Part shown: positions 36,542 to 47,551 of the stretch, piece by piece
How the letters are laid out: each line of letters begins with the position of its first letter
Position numbering within the stretch: the first letter of the stretch is position 1
Origin: a virus
Lineage: Duplodnaviria > Caudoviricetes
IMG/VR virus record: IMGVR_UViG_3300030388_001525
Span: 1,377 to 65,376 of that record
DNA length: 64,000 bases
Direction: 5' to 3' (one strand)
Translations under genes and position numbers: made by a program
Notes under the pieces: model-generated
What the model saw: the letters and a program-made list of their open reading frames with translations, nothing else
Told to the model about the DNA's origin: nothing
Databases searched by the model: none

Positions 36542-38989
36542 TTATTTCTTTTTTCTTCTTTTTAGTTCCTCTTTATAAATTTTATCATCTTTAAGCGCTA
36601 ATTTATACATAAGAGAAATCTCAGCAAAAGTTTCTTTCTTTGATTCTGTTGTCCAATCTTTTAGAGGTACTCCTTTTACATTCTTTATTGCCTTAGAAAT
36701 TAAATTTCTGTTTGGATATTCACCACGAGTGTATCCTGGAATAAAAAATTCGTAACTATTTTTTGCTAAATTTACATTCAGAATCGGTTGTAAATTACTT
36801 AAACGTTCTTTTTCAATTTCACTTAAATTTTCTATTACATCTAATAGTGCTGTCGATTCAATAGCTTCTTGTTGTGGAGTTAAGGGATTAGTTCCACCAC
36901 TTCCAGGAGTTCCACCACTTCCAGTATTTTCATTTGGTTCAATTACTTCTGTTGAATCATTATTGTTTGTGTTGTTTTCCTCAATAATATCATTGTTTGT
37001 TTTAACGCCGTAAATGTCAACTTTAGTTTCATTAGATTTAGTACTACTGTTTCTAATAGCTTCATCATAAATATCAAAAATAACATCCTCTATTTTTTTA
37101 GTATTACCTCCACCCGCTAATCCTTCTACGTCTACTTTTCTTGATATACCACCTCCAGCTGACCCTAAATTGATTGTTAATGTTTCTCCATCATATTCTA
37201 CACTAATTTCACTATCTTTTCCTGTGCCTTTCAATAGTGCTTTTAAAGCCGTCTTAACTGCAGGAGCAACTTCTTTAGTTTCACCTTGTGAATAATTGAA
37301 ATTTTTTCCACCTTCATTTCTAAGAAATTGGCTAACTGTTTTCATCTCATCATCAATATAAATAATTCCACTATTTCTGTCATAAATCTCAGGCTTTACT
37401 CTCGGGAGGTCAAAATTTAATGGATTACCTACAGAAACTCCTCCTGTATTATCGCCCAAAGAACCATAATACGTTTCAAAGTCTTGATCTCCTGGAGTAA
37501 TAATAGAGAACATAGCCTCATGAAGTGCTTTAGTTGAGTCTCCAGACTTATAATTAATAGGATTAGACTTAAAGCTATTACCATTTTCATCTTGGAAATT
37601 AATAATATATTGATTACCTTTTCTTTCTATACCCACTACAGTGTTTGTGCCTCCTATAGATGTATTATAATCATTTACTCTTCTAACTAACAACCTACTT
37701 TGTGTTTCAAATTCTGTTCCATCGGCAGTAGTAAATAATTTTTCCATTGCTGTAGAATATTCAGAAAGTCTATTAGCTTTTTTGCCATCAATTTTTTTAT
37801 AATTTAAATATGCAGTATTAGGAGCTGTAGTTTCAACACTACTATCTATTTGACTATTAATAGCTTGGTCTATCGCAAGATCAGCTTTAGCTTTTAATCC
37901 ACTCATATTACTATATGAAACTTTTCCGTTTTTATAGTTCACATAAATTAACTTGTTTACATCTACGTCTTCTCCATATCTTTCTTTAGCATCTTCTAAA
38001 TTTTCAGCTATTTGATAACCTCCAATTGTAGTTAATACTTGTACAATTTCAGCATTAGATGTAGCTAATTTATCTTTTAAAATTTGTGCTGTTTCTCTTA
38101 TTGCACCCCCTTCTGTTTTATCAGTTGAGCCTGGCGCTCTTTTAATATCGCTTATTTTTGTAGTAACACCCGTTTCAATATTAAAATATGACCTTACATA
38201 TTCTCCTAAAAGATTTACTTGATCATTAATCGCTTTAGTTGTGTCTATTTCAACACCCGTTTCTCCTTGATACTTAAACAGTTGTGATAAAGCAGATACA
38301 GAAATTCTATCTCCACTAAAATCATCCACATCAGCATATTTAGGATTATTTTTTACCCACTCTTCTGCATCTTTTTTATCAATAGCCGAAGGATCTACTA
38401 TGTTGTCTCCAGCAGATCGTTCATTCGCAAGAGCTATATTAGCCTCCTCTATAGTTGTAATATTTTTACGTTTAGCGTATTCTATTCTACCATTTTTACC
38501 TACAACAATTTTAACACCCTCTAAACCACCATACTTAGTTAGCTTATCGTATATTTCAATTTCAGTAGATGTTGCTTTACCTGAATCTATCTTAGCTTTA
38601 GTTTGTGTCGCCCATTTACCCATGCCTTGCATCATAGTAGATGTTGTCTTAAAATCAGCTTTTTGATTAGTTTGAAATAAACTAAAATCTTCTACACTCA
38701 TGATTCCTTTTTTCACTAAATCATATCTGTTTGACAAATCTTTCATTGAACCTTGTGCCGCTTCCACTAACATCCCTTGTACAGTTAAATTGTCTGATTG
38801 AGGAATGTCACTGAGTTTATCTATTGATGTTTTGTACTCATCCGCCACAGCTTTTTTACGCAATTGTCTTTTATCAATTGCCCCTTGTATATTAGAGGAA
38901 AAATCTTTAGCTACTGAACCCCAATCAATTTGATCATTTGATCCTTTATCTGGAGTTAAATTGTAATCTGATACTCTTCTTGTAGACAT
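36542..38989 (-). CDS. Probable internal virion (ejection) protein
   Basis: 815 aa, helical N-terminus; gene position typical of podovirus core proteins. Confidence 0.6.
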   Translation of the reverse strand: MSTRRVSDYNLTPDKGSNDQIDWGSVAKDFSSNIQGAIDKRQLRKKAVADEYKTSIDKLSDIPQSDNLTVQGMLVEAAQGSMKDLSNRYDLVKKGIMSVEDFSLFQTNQKADFKTTSTMMQGMGKWATQTKAKIDSGKATSTEIEIYDKLTKYGGLEGVKIVVGKNGRIEYAKRKNITTIEEANIALANERSAGDNIVDPSAIDKKDAEEWVKNNPKYADVDDFSGDRISVSALSQLFKYQGETGVEIDTTKAINDQVNLLGEYVRSYFNIETGVTTKISDIKRAPGSTDKTEGGAIRETAQILKDKLATSNAEIVQVLTTIGGYQIAENLEDAKERYGEDVDVNKLIYVNYKNGKVSYSNMSGLKAKADLAIDQAINSQIDSSVETTAPNTAYLNYKKIDGKKANRLSEYSTAMEKLFTTADGTEFETQSRLLVRRVNDYNTSIGGTNTVVGIERKGNQYIINFQDENGNSFKSNPINYKSGDSTKALHEAMFSIITPGDQDFETYYGSLGDNTGGVSVGNPLNFDLPRVKPEIYDRNSGIIYIDDEMKTVSQFLRNEGGKNFNYSQGETKEVAPAVKTALKALLKGTGKDSEISVEYDGETLTINLGSAGGGISRKVDVEGLAGGGNTKKIEDVIFDIYDEAIRNSSTKSNETKVDIYGVKTNNDIIEENNTNNNDSTEVIEPNENTGSGGTPGSGGTNPLTPQQEAIESTALLDVIENLSEIEKERLSNLQPILNVNLAKNSYEFFIPGYTRGEYPNRNLISKAIKNVKGVPLKDWTTESKKETFAEISLMYKLALKDDKIYKEELKRRKKK

Positions 38990-38993
38990 ATTA

Positions 38994-39746
38994 TTAGTTT
39001 AATATTAAATTTCCATCCTTATCTACAGAAATTCGATTCACATCAAATTCGCCATTAATTTCATTTTTAGGAACATTATCCAAAATAAAAGCATTAATTT
39101 GTCCTTCATCAAATTTTTCAAAAGTAGTGTTAGGGCTATCCATTAATTTTTTAGCAAGATCTGATGAAGCTTTAGCAGTTTTACCTTTTCCATATAATGG
39201 AGCTGCATTAGAAGCTGTAGCTGCGGCTTCTCCGATAGAAGATATACCTGCAATTACTGCCGCGTTTGCATTTTCTTTTAAATCTTGACCTTCTTGAGCA
39301 AATTGTTTTGCTTGACCTAATCCTAAATTTACAAAATCTTGATTGATTGAGTCACGCTTATCAGCTTTCATTTTTCTATTCTCATATAAATCTTTTTGTA
39401 AACTAATACGCATTTTTTCATTTTGAAGACCAGCCACTTGACCTACAGCACCAACACCTGCTGCTAAGTTTCTTGGGTCTCCTTCCTGTAAAGCTTGAAT
39501 AGATGTTTGTTGACCTAAGAGGTTCATTTGGTTTTGCTTATCATAAGCATCTAAAGGTACATTTAATCCTTCGTACACATTCATTTCCATTCTTTTTTTA
39601 GCCGCATCCATCAAGGCTTTGGATTTACGAACTGCAGATTCGGAAGCTTTTCTTTGCTTTGCTGCTGATCCAAAAGACATACCAGCTGAAGTCAAAGATG
39701 TGACTGCTGATACTCCTGCTAATATTAATGCTGCTGTACCTGACAT
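38994..39746 (-). CDS. Probable pilot/ejection protein
   Basis: A/G/S-rich hydrophobic N-terminus and Q/A-rich coiled coil. Confidence 0.65.
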   Translation of the reverse strand: MSGTAALILAGVSAVTSLTSAGMSFGSAAKQRKASESAVRKSKALMDAAKKRMEMNVYEGLNVPLDAYDKQNQMNLLGQQTSIQALQEGDPRNLAAGVGAVGQVAGLQNEKMRISLQKDLYENRKMKADKRDSINQDFVNLGLGQAKQFAQEGQDLKENANAAVIAGISSIGEAAATASNAAPLYGKGKTAKASSDLAKKLMDSPNTTFEKFDEGQINAFILDNVPKNEINGEFDVNRISVDKDGNLILN

Positions 39747-39753
39747 AATTTTT

Positions 39754-40248
39754 TTATTTTTTAATTTCTAATTCTTTATAATTGTTTGCATAAATATCTA
39801 ATTCTGCATCTTTTACATTTGTAGCATTTGTTTTATATACACACGTCCATATACTATCTTTATGCACATAAAAAACTCTTTGAGTCCCTTTCTGTGTAAA
39901 AACAGTTGTAGGAGCTTTTAATCTTTTAACTTCTCCTTCATCTGTAATATAAGAGACTTCACCTTTTAATAAAAAAGATGGATGCTGAGTCCTATGTATC
40001 ATACTTACAATAAAAGCACCTTTTGGCATAAACATCTCTCTTGTATACATACCTCCTTCAAATTTATGTTTTAATGGTGCGACTTCTTTTAATCCTTTAC
40101 TTTGCTCTTCTCCTGCTTTGTGTGTTAAAGCTCCGTCTATTTTTTCTATTTGTAATTTAAAGTCATCTATTTTCTTGTATAAAACACCTGGGGCTTTTGA
40201 TATATTGCCTAATATGTTTTCCGCAATTAAAACTTCTTTGTCTTTCAT
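39754..40248 (-). CDS. Cupin-fold protein (likely start MKDKEV at 40248)
   Basis: H.F.GG.YTRE...PKG......H...H pattern. The promoter motif at 40264-40271 argues against the longer TTG start. Confidence 0.65.
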   Translation of the reverse strand: MKDKEVLIAENILGNISKAPGVLYKKIDDFKLQIEKIDGALTHKAGEEQSKGLKEVAPLKHKFEGGMYTREMFMPKGAFIVSMIHRTQHPSFLLKGEVSYITDEGEVKRLKAPTTVFTQKGTQRVFYVHKDSIWTCVYKTNATNVKDAELDIYANNYKELEIKK

Positions 40249-40263
40249 TTTGTCAAATATAAG

Positions 40264-40271
40264 CAAAGATA
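40264..40271 (-). promoter_or_regulatory. -7 promoter element TATCTTTG
   Basis: Precedes the cupin/ejection-protein genes. Confidence 0.55.
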
Positions 40272-40279
40272 CAAAAAAT

Positions 40280-41089
40280 CTATGGAAAGCTTTTCATAAC
40301 ACTTCCTGATACAGCAAACAGTTCTACTGGAACAGTAGCAGTGTTTTTTAATATAAATTGCAAGAAATATCCTCTTGCTCCTTGAGACTCTGCTACAGGG
40401 TTTTTTATAAACAAAACTTGTTGTGCATTTATAGCTGCTGTTCCTGAATTATTAATAGTAATACTGTAAGCTCCCGCTACATTATTAACACTTGTAATCA
40501 CACCCATTAAATCGGGTGTTGGAGAAACTGCAGGTGGTTGTGTGATAGTGGTTTGAAAAGCAGAATCACCAATACTTATTATACTACCTAATGCAGTGTT
40601 AAATGTTATAACACATGTTCCTGTTCCTGCACCTGTAACAGAAGTAGATTGACCTAAACCATGAGATGATCTTAGTCGCCAATTAACTACATTACTTAAA
40701 TTTCTTATATAAGAAAACCACTCCCCTTCTTTTTCTTTAAAGTAAGTAGAAGCCATTGATCCTGCGCTTAAATCTGTTATTAAACTTTCTACTGACCAAG
40801 CTGCTACTGAAGTATCTCCAGAAGTAGTGTTAGACTCATAAGATAAAGTTTTATATAATTTTATCTCTAAAGGCTTTTGATTTAAAACTCCCGTTATTGT
40901 GGAAAAAGATTGATTACCATAATAATTATTTCTTAAAGGGTTTACATTATGTCTAAACAAATTACCTCCTTGAAATGTGTATAAATAACTATTCATACCT
41001 TTAATATACTCAGGGAAATATGAGTAAAATGAAGGCCACCCTTCTGATGTAGGATTGTAAGTTACTGTTGCTAATACGTCTACTGCCAT
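40280..41089 (-). CDS. Tail structural protein (resembles the C-terminal part of nozzle/stabilization proteins)
   Basis: GWPSFYSY.P, F.EKEG.WF and RG.FL motifs. Confidence 0.6.
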   Translation of the reverse strand: MAVDVLATVTYNPTSEGWPSFYSYFPEYIKGMNSYLYTFQGGNLFRHNVNPLRNNYYGNQSFSTITGVLNQKPLEIKLYKTLSYESNTTSGDTSVAAWSVESLITDLSAGSMASTYFKEKEGEWFSYIRNLSNVVNWRLRSSHGLGQSTSVTGAGTGTCVITFNTALGSIISIGDSAFQTTITQPPAVSPTPDLMGVITSVNNVAGAYSITINNSGTAAINAQQVLFIKNPVAESQGARGYFLQFILKNTATVPVELFAVSGSVMKSFP

Positions 41090-41098
41090 AGTTTTATT

Positions 41099-42457
41099 TT
41101 ATAAAGGTTGACAAGAGCTACCAATACATTCAAAAAGTGCTGAGATATTGTTACCTGATGTTATTTGCATTATTCTAAAAGGCCCAGTTTGAGTGTCAGT
41201 ACTTGTAGCTGCATATGCATAAAACCCTACACCTAATGCTGCTCCCGCTATTACATCACCTATACCAACATCTAAATAAGAATCGCATGTGCTTGTTTCA
41301 CGTTGAAGTGGAATTGTTCTATTAGTTCCATCACAAAACGTATCACATACAGTTTGAAAACTTGATATAAATATTGTATTTGTACAAGCTGCGCAATCTG
41401 CAATAGAAGTAATAATACCATCTGTTGAAACTACTATAGATTGATTTTTTATTAAACCACCAATTATGTTGTTTATAGCGTAAACTCCTGCGGGTAATTG
41501 AGTAACACCATAAGCATCTGTAAAAACCCAATCATGTAATCCCATTTCAGTATCTGGAGTTGCAGCAATTGTAGGTGATATAACAGAGTTACCTAACGTA
41601 TTTACACCTACATGATAAATAGTTGTATTTTTTGAAGCTAAACATGCAACACCAATACTACCAGATTCTGCTGTTGCAGTAAATCCAGTTAATAAAGTTG
41701 GGCAATTAACTGCAAAAGAAAAAAATGTATTACTACAAGGTGCTGAAATCTCTATATCTACTGAAGTGTCTGTTGAACCTACTGGAACAGGAACTACCAT
41801 AGTAGCATTGTATGAAGCAAATGGTATTGTAGGAAGAGGGCCAGAACAATCATTTAAAGTTTGATCTCCTGTAGAATTACCTCCCCACGCAGGAATATTT
41901 TGCAAAGCTCCTGATGCAGAAAACGCACCACTTTGATATACAAAAACTGGTTGATTTGGGTTTGAAACACCATCACTTCCAAGTGTTTGTGATAATCCAT
42001 CCACACCATATAAATTAACATCACATGTAGCACAACAAAGACAATCTGTTGCAGCCCTTCCGTAACCACCAATATATCCTTGTAAATAACCTCCTAAAAG
42101 TGATGAGTATTCAGATGCTGATACTCCGTCAAAAGTCCAAGTTAATTTATCTGGAACAGGGTTGCTATTATTACCTGCATTAAAATTAATAACTGCTGCT
42201 CCCGTTTGAGTTCCAAAACTAAATGTAGCTTTATATATTCCTGTATTTCCTGAAGCTGTTATTACAGCACCACATGGTATAGAGCAATCACTACAAGGTT
42301 GAGCTGCTAATAAAACACTATTAACCATTTCTCTAAAGTTTCCTCCTTGCGAATACCACCCATCAGCTGCAACTATTGTTAATGCTGCATCGGTGTATAT
42401 GTTTGTGCAAGTTAAAAAATCTAACCCATCATAATAATATTGTCCGTAAGTTGCCAT
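41099..42457 (-). CDS. Cys-rich structural/adhesion protein
   Basis: 452 aa with many CxxC pairs and repeated small beta modules. Confidence 0.6.
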   Translation of the reverse strand: MATYGQYYYDGLDFLTCTNIYTDAALTIVAADGWYSQGGNFREMVNSVLLAAQPCSDCSIPCGAVITASGNTGIYKATFSFGTQTGAAVINFNAGNNSNPVPDKLTWTFDGVSASEYSSLLGGYLQGYIGGYGRAATDCLCCATCDVNLYGVDGLSQTLGSDGVSNPNQPVFVYQSGAFSASGALQNIPAWGGNSTGDQTLNDCSGPLPTIPFASYNATMVVPVPVGSTDTSVDIEISAPCSNTFFSFAVNCPTLLTGFTATAESGSIGVACLASKNTTIYHVGVNTLGNSVISPTIAATPDTEMGLHDWVFTDAYGVTQLPAGVYAINNIIGGLIKNQSIVVSTDGIITSIADCAACTNTIFISSFQTVCDTFCDGTNRTIPLQRETSTCDSYLDVGIGDVIAGAALGVGFYAYAATSTDTQTGPFRIMQITSGNNISALFECIGSSCQPL

Positions 42458-42468
42458 ATCTATTTAAT

Positions 42469-45400
42469 TTAACAATTATTTATTAATACTACCACACTAT
42501 TTGCATCAAGTTGTAAAACTTGATTAGTATTAAACTTGTAATATCCTGGTGTCATTCTTGTTGCTGCTCCATCACAATCACTTGTTAACCAACATAAATC
42601 ACCTATAGTTGGTAAAGAACCTTGTCCTGTAAAGTAATATGTTTGATTAATTAATTGTTGACACGCAGTAGTTGGGTTTGTATTTACTTGCGACCCTAAC
42701 CAACTCACACATGGAACAATACACTCACAACAAGCATCAGCCGAACTAATTGAACTATAACATAAAAACTGAGCTGATATAGTTCTTAAATCATATATTA
42801 AATACAAATATTGATTACCTAATGGTAAGCTTGTATTTATTTGTTGTCCTCTAAAAACTGAAGGTATTGGATTGTTTACTGTAAGTTGATTTAAACTTTG
42901 TGACAATAAATCAGCAATCTCTATTTGATTATTTGCATACAATGTATTTGAAGATAACCAAGATATTTTATCAGCAGAAATGTCAAAATCAAAATTGTCT
43001 GTATTAATTTTGTTTGTTTGAACTGATAAATTAACTCCGCTATAAGGAAAAATACCACTTGACCTTACGCCTGTTTGAGCATTCCATAAAGCTGCTATAG
43101 TTGGGTCATTATTTAATACAGCTGGAGTACTTGAAATAGCACTCACTTGAGCTGTGTCTTGCCAAAACCATTCTACGTGTATTTGTTTGTTTGCATCATT
43201 TTCAGCGTTTAAAACCACTTGTATAACAGTTATTTCAACTTCTAATGGACAAGCCACAGTTATTTCAAAATCAATCACGCCACTTGGTACTAATTCAACA
43301 GAAATTAAATTAGGTTGAGCTGATGATTTAGGAATTGTAATAGTATAAGTTCCAGGGCCTGTTACTGGATTTGGTGTTGTAGTAAAAGTTACACCATTCC
43401 AAACAGCTGTTAATGCTCCTGCTCCTGAATTAACTATAAATGTAATAATTACATCGCCAATTAAACTTCCTACATCAGAAGTAAATGAGTATACCGAGCT
43501 AAGAGCTGCATCTTGAAGCTTTACACCACAAGGGATAGGAGGGTCAGGAAAAGGGATTTTAATTCCGTTTGTTGACAATACATACTCATCCATGTAAGGA
43601 TCAAAACCACCTAATTTTTGAGTTTGTAATTGCTCAAAGAATTGATCTCTAAACCATGAACGCATACCACTATCAGAGATAACCTCTAACCTATCATTTG
43701 TTCCTACACTTCCTGTTAGTTTTATAACTGCACCTCTCTTAGTGTCTGTAAAATACATATCGTAACCATATGCAGCAAAACTTTCTGGATTAAAACTATT
43801 ACCATATTCTTCAATTCTTGCAACTTGCTCACCTAAAACTTCAGGTACAGAAGTAACAATACCGCCTCCTATAGCATCTGTTAATATATTTTTCCCTGCT
43901 AATACATAAGATATTCTGTCTTCTTGTAATACTAATATGTCAGTACGTCTTGCGTGCAATAATTGTATTTCACCAAAAAATGTTTCACAGTCTTTAAAGT
44001 TTACTAAACCTAAATTAAACTCGTTTAAATTGTTAAAGTTTGCAGGGCCACTAAATATTCCACTATAAGTTAATCCAGCAAATCTATTTGCTTCTTTAAA
44101 TTCTTGATTAGATACTGCTAAAACTCTTTCACCTAAATTCATAGACTGACCTTCAATCATATCTAAGATTTTAAAACTTTCTACTCCGTTGCCAAATGAA
44201 TAACAATTAATAAATGGCAATCTAAGTGTGTTTCCTTGTGTGGAATCTTGATTAATATCATTAGAATTTTTAGTATGTATAATTGTATATTTTTGTCCTA
44301 TTGTTAAAAATATATCTGCATCTAATGTTAATGTTGATGAAGAGTTAACAACTGTAACTTTAGCTGTTGTTGCTGGAGAAACAGATGTGTTGTAAATAAA
44401 ATCACCAACTTTAACAGTTACTGAAAAAGATGCTAAAGTATCTATTAACTCGTTAGTATTTATAGATGTAGCACTACCTACAGCTACTTCATTTCCAGCA
44501 GCATGAAAACCTGATATAACTGGATAACTTACAGATGAATCGTAAAACAATTCTGAATTAGCATCACCAGGATCAGTTTCAAAAATAAGCAAATCACCTC
44601 CTTGTATTATTTCTACCGTAAGTCTTGAAACAGCATTTTTACCACTGGCTCTTCTAACACCACCGTTCCAACATAATGATAACGGAGAAGTAGGATCAGT
44701 TGGATCAACTCTTGCAAATTGAAAGTTACTTATCCACATATTTGCAGGACATGCACCTTGAAAGTTTGTAGGATTTGGAACTCTTTGAAGCCCGTTTATG
44801 TCGCAACTTGATACGCTAACTTGACTTGATTCAAGACCTACTGTAGATTGAAACTGACATCTTAAAGTACCGCCATTATTTGTTTGTCCTGAATTTACTC
44901 CAGAATCAAGATCAGGAGATGCAGCAATCCACCAATAATATAAATCATCAAAATTTTGTGAAACAACAAAATTAGCTTCATATTTATACGTAATTTCTTC
45001 TACATTACTACCACCCTCTTTTCTATTCATTTTATATTGCAATCGAATTTGAGTTCCAGCAGGAATACTAATATTTGTAAGAGTTCCAGTAGAACCTCCA
45101 AGAACGTAATTTTGATCGTAGAATAAACTAATTTGTGCAGAATTCTCTCTTGAGGTTGTAGTTGCTTTTCGAGATTTTTGAGAAATCCAGTTTGAAGGAG
45201 TTAAATCACTATCTATAGCAAAAGTAGTAGGGTTTAAATTCATATAAAAACCTGTTTGTTGCTCAGCAGGAATTGCTAACGCTCCTGCAAAATCTTTTGG
45301 TTGTGCCGCAGCGGATAATACTTCTATTTTAACCTCTGTGTTAACTGGCCCGTCAGCATCTACTTTTACAATTAATAAATCTCCTGTTTTAACTTTCTCT

Positions 45401-47550
45401 TGATTATCTCCTTCTAACTTACACCATATAGTTCCGTCAATTGCTTGAATAAAAAAGTTTGTATATACAGTATTATAACCACCACCACTTGGCTTTACAA
45501 CATATTTCCATCGTTTAGCCCAATACGGAGCAAAACTTTCTAAACTAACTTGTAATTTGTTTTTTAATGTAGAAAATTGTGGAGGAATAAATCTTGTATT
45601 ATCTCTTGATACTAAAACAGTTGAAGCTCTTGCGTACTCATCCATGTAAACTAAACCTACTTCATAATCTCTATTACTATGTAAGCTTCCTTGATCAGAA
45701 TCTGTTGTAAATTGAATTGTAGCATCTGATATTGTAAAATATTCGTAACTACTAATTATTGCGTTTGAAGCTGAATTACTTGCTATAGTTTTCATAGCTA
45801 TACATGATAAACTAAATGTTGTAGATGTAGATGTTGATCCTGGAGAAATTTTAAATCCTTGTTGATTTGTAGAACTTCCTATTGAACTAATATCTTTAGC
45901 AAATCCAACTTGAGGTATATATGCAACATTAAAACTATCTGTTAATGAAAAACCTGCGGAGGCTGTAGCCATTGGTTGGAAATTTACTCCTTCAACAGTT
46001 CCTATAGCATTTTGAAAATCTGTTGATGCAATAAAATCAAACACAGCTGTAGTCCCTGCATATGTTGTAGTTAAATCTACAAAACACTCTACCTCTATAG
46101 TTCCGCTTGTAATAGTCTTACTCCATGGTGTACAAGGGCCTGAAGGCAGATTTGAATTTGTACAAGTAGTATTAACTCCTGTAGATAAATCTGCTGACTC
46201 TGCTTGTTTAAGATTAGATGTTAAAGCAAATTTTATAAGCAGTTGTGAACCAGAAATTAATTTATCTGCTATACTACCTAAATCTATTAATGCTGAAGCT
46301 TGTTGAATTTGCGTATTTACAAAAGGATTAATATCATAATCTACTGTGTCTAATGTAGGATAAGGTATATAAAAAACTCCTACTTGTTCACTTTTGTTTG
46401 TTACAGAATAATTTGGTGTTATGATAGACCCTTCACTTGATCCTCGAGAAATGTTATATCCATCTATATAATTTCCATAAACTAAACGATTAGCCATTAT
46501 TGTTTGAGCTTTAGCTAATCTTGGAACATTATCATATAGTCTTAAAATTTCATCACTTCCTAATACTGTATATATTTTGGCATTAGAAAAAGATATTGTT
46601 CTATCTTGATTGTCCCCCCATCCTAAGTCAATTTTATTATATCCGTCAATTTTAAAAATAATTGAACTGTTAGAAAACTTATACAAAACATCAACCTCAA
46701 TAACTCTATTAGAACCAGTATTAAAACTAATTTCAGCACCATTAAATCTATTTTGCATAGACTCATTGTTAAAGTTTTCAAAACTGAACTGAAACACTCC
46801 AGGCTGAAAAGCAGGTACTGTAAATAAAGAAGTTGCACTATATTCTGAATTAAGATATCTATATCTATAAGCAAAACTTATAAATTTATCTTCCATATAG
46901 TTTTCTTGATTCGGCAATTTAGTTAACCGAACAAATGGTGAAGTTAATGTTTCAGATTCTGGATTTACAACAATATCTGGATTTTGATATCCAGGGGGTT
47001 TTACAATAACTGACAAATCTTCTTCGACTAAAGTATCTATAGCCGTAGCTGACGCAGGTTCAGGATACTCAAAGTTTATATTTATTTTTCTTGGAGGATT
47101 AAAGTCATCTGTAAAAAACAATAAATTATCTATTAAGCTTACTCCTGTAATTAAATACAAAGGATTAAAATTTAATACACTTGTGCTTTGTACATGATAA
47201 CGTGTAACAGTCGTAACTGTATTATAAGATACAATTAAATCAACTCTTCCTGGAGGCGATGGTGCTTGAGTGTGAGCAGGATCGTGAACAAACCAATACA
47301 TAGTTTCATTCATACCATCCTCTAATGCACCAAGACATCTTGCTTCTGATGACAATAATACGTTTCTAAAACGCAATTGTGTTAAAGGTAAATTACCTAC
47401 AGAGTTTTCAACCGCACCTATTTCTGTCGTTTCTGTAGCACCTAAACGCACATTTAAAGCATCAACGTATTCTCCTGGAGGAACTAATCGCTCATCCACA
47501 CTTTTATTCATTCTACCTTTTACAAAGGTTGCAATGCTTTTTATATCCAT
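42469..47550 (-). CDS. Tail nozzle/stabilization protein
   Basis: 1693 aa; MNKS.DERL...EY.DALN, NRLVYGNY and YFTD.KRG.V motifs typical of Bacteroidetes podovirus tail proteins. Confidence 0.75.
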   Translation of the reverse strand: MDIKSIATFVKGRMNKSVDERLVPPGEYVDALNVRLGATETTEIGAVENSVGNLPLTQLRFRNVLLSSEARCLGALEDGMNETMYWFVHDPAHTQAPSPPGRVDLIVSYNTVTTVTRYHVQSTSVLNFNPLYLITGVSLIDNLLFFTDDFNPPRKININFEYPEPASATAIDTLVEEDLSVIVKPPGYQNPDIVVNPESETLTSPFVRLTKLPNQENYMEDKFISFAYRYRYLNSEYSATSLFTVPAFQPGVFQFSFENFNNESMQNRFNGAEISFNTGSNRVIEVDVLYKFSNSSIIFKIDGYNKIDLGWGDNQDRTISFSNAKIYTVLGSDEILRLYDNVPRLAKAQTIMANRLVYGNYIDGYNISRGSSEGSIITPNYSVTNKSEQVGVFYIPYPTLDTVDYDINPFVNTQIQQASALIDLGSIADKLISGSQLLIKFALTSNLKQAESADLSTGVNTTCTNSNLPSGPCTPWSKTITSGTIEVECFVDLTTTYAGTTAVFDFIASTDFQNAIGTVEGVNFQPMATASAGFSLTDSFNVAYIPQVGFAKDISSIGSSTNQQGFKISPGSTSTSTTFSLSCIAMKTIASNSASNAIISSYEYFTISDATIQFTTDSDQGSLHSNRDYEVGLVYMDEYARASTVLVSRDNTRFIPPQFSTLKNKLQVSLESFAPYWAKRWKYVVKPSGGGYNTVYTNFFIQAIDGTIWCKLEGDNQEKVKTGDLLIVKVDADGPVNTEVKIEVLSAAAQPKDFAGALAIPAEQQTGFYMNLNPTTFAIDSDLTPSNWISQKSRKATTTSRENSAQISLFYDQNYVLGGSTGTLTNISIPAGTQIRLQYKMNRKEGGSNVEEITYKYEANFVVSQNFDDLYYWWIAASPDLDSGVNSGQTNNGGTLRCQFQSTVGLESSQVSVSSCDINGLQRVPNPTNFQGACPANMWISNFQFARVDPTDPTSPLSLCWNGGVRRASGKNAVSRLTVEIIQGGDLLIFETDPGDANSELFYDSSVSYPVISGFHAAGNEVAVGSATSINTNELIDTLASFSVTVKVGDFIYNTSVSPATTAKVTVVNSSSTLTLDADIFLTIGQKYTIIHTKNSNDINQDSTQGNTLRLPFINCYSFGNGVESFKILDMIEGQSMNLGERVLAVSNQEFKEANRFAGLTYSGIFSGPANFNNLNEFNLGLVNFKDCETFFGEIQLLHARRTDILVLQEDRISYVLAGKNILTDAIGGGIVTSVPEVLGEQVARIEEYGNSFNPESFAAYGYDMYFTDTKRGAVIKLTGSVGTNDRLEVISDSGMRSWFRDQFFEQLQTQKLGGFDPYMDEYVLSTNGIKIPFPDPPIPCGVKLQDAALSSVYSFTSDVGSLIGDVIITFIVNSGAGALTAVWNGVTFTTTPNPVTGPGTYTITIPKSSAQPNLISVELVPSGVIDFEITVACPLEVEITVIQVVLNAENDANKQIHVEWFWQDTAQVSAISSTPAVLNNDPTIAALWNAQTGVRSSGIFPYSGVNLSVQTNKINTDNFDFDISADKISWLSSNTLYANNQIEIADLLSQSLNQLTVNNPIPSVFRGQQINTSLPLGNQYLYLIYDLRTISAQFLCYSSISSADACCECIVPCVSWLGSQVNTNPTTACQQLINQTYYFTGQGSLPTIGDLCWLTSDCDGAATRMTPGYYKFNTNQVLQLDANSVVVLINNC

Positions 47551-47551
47551 A

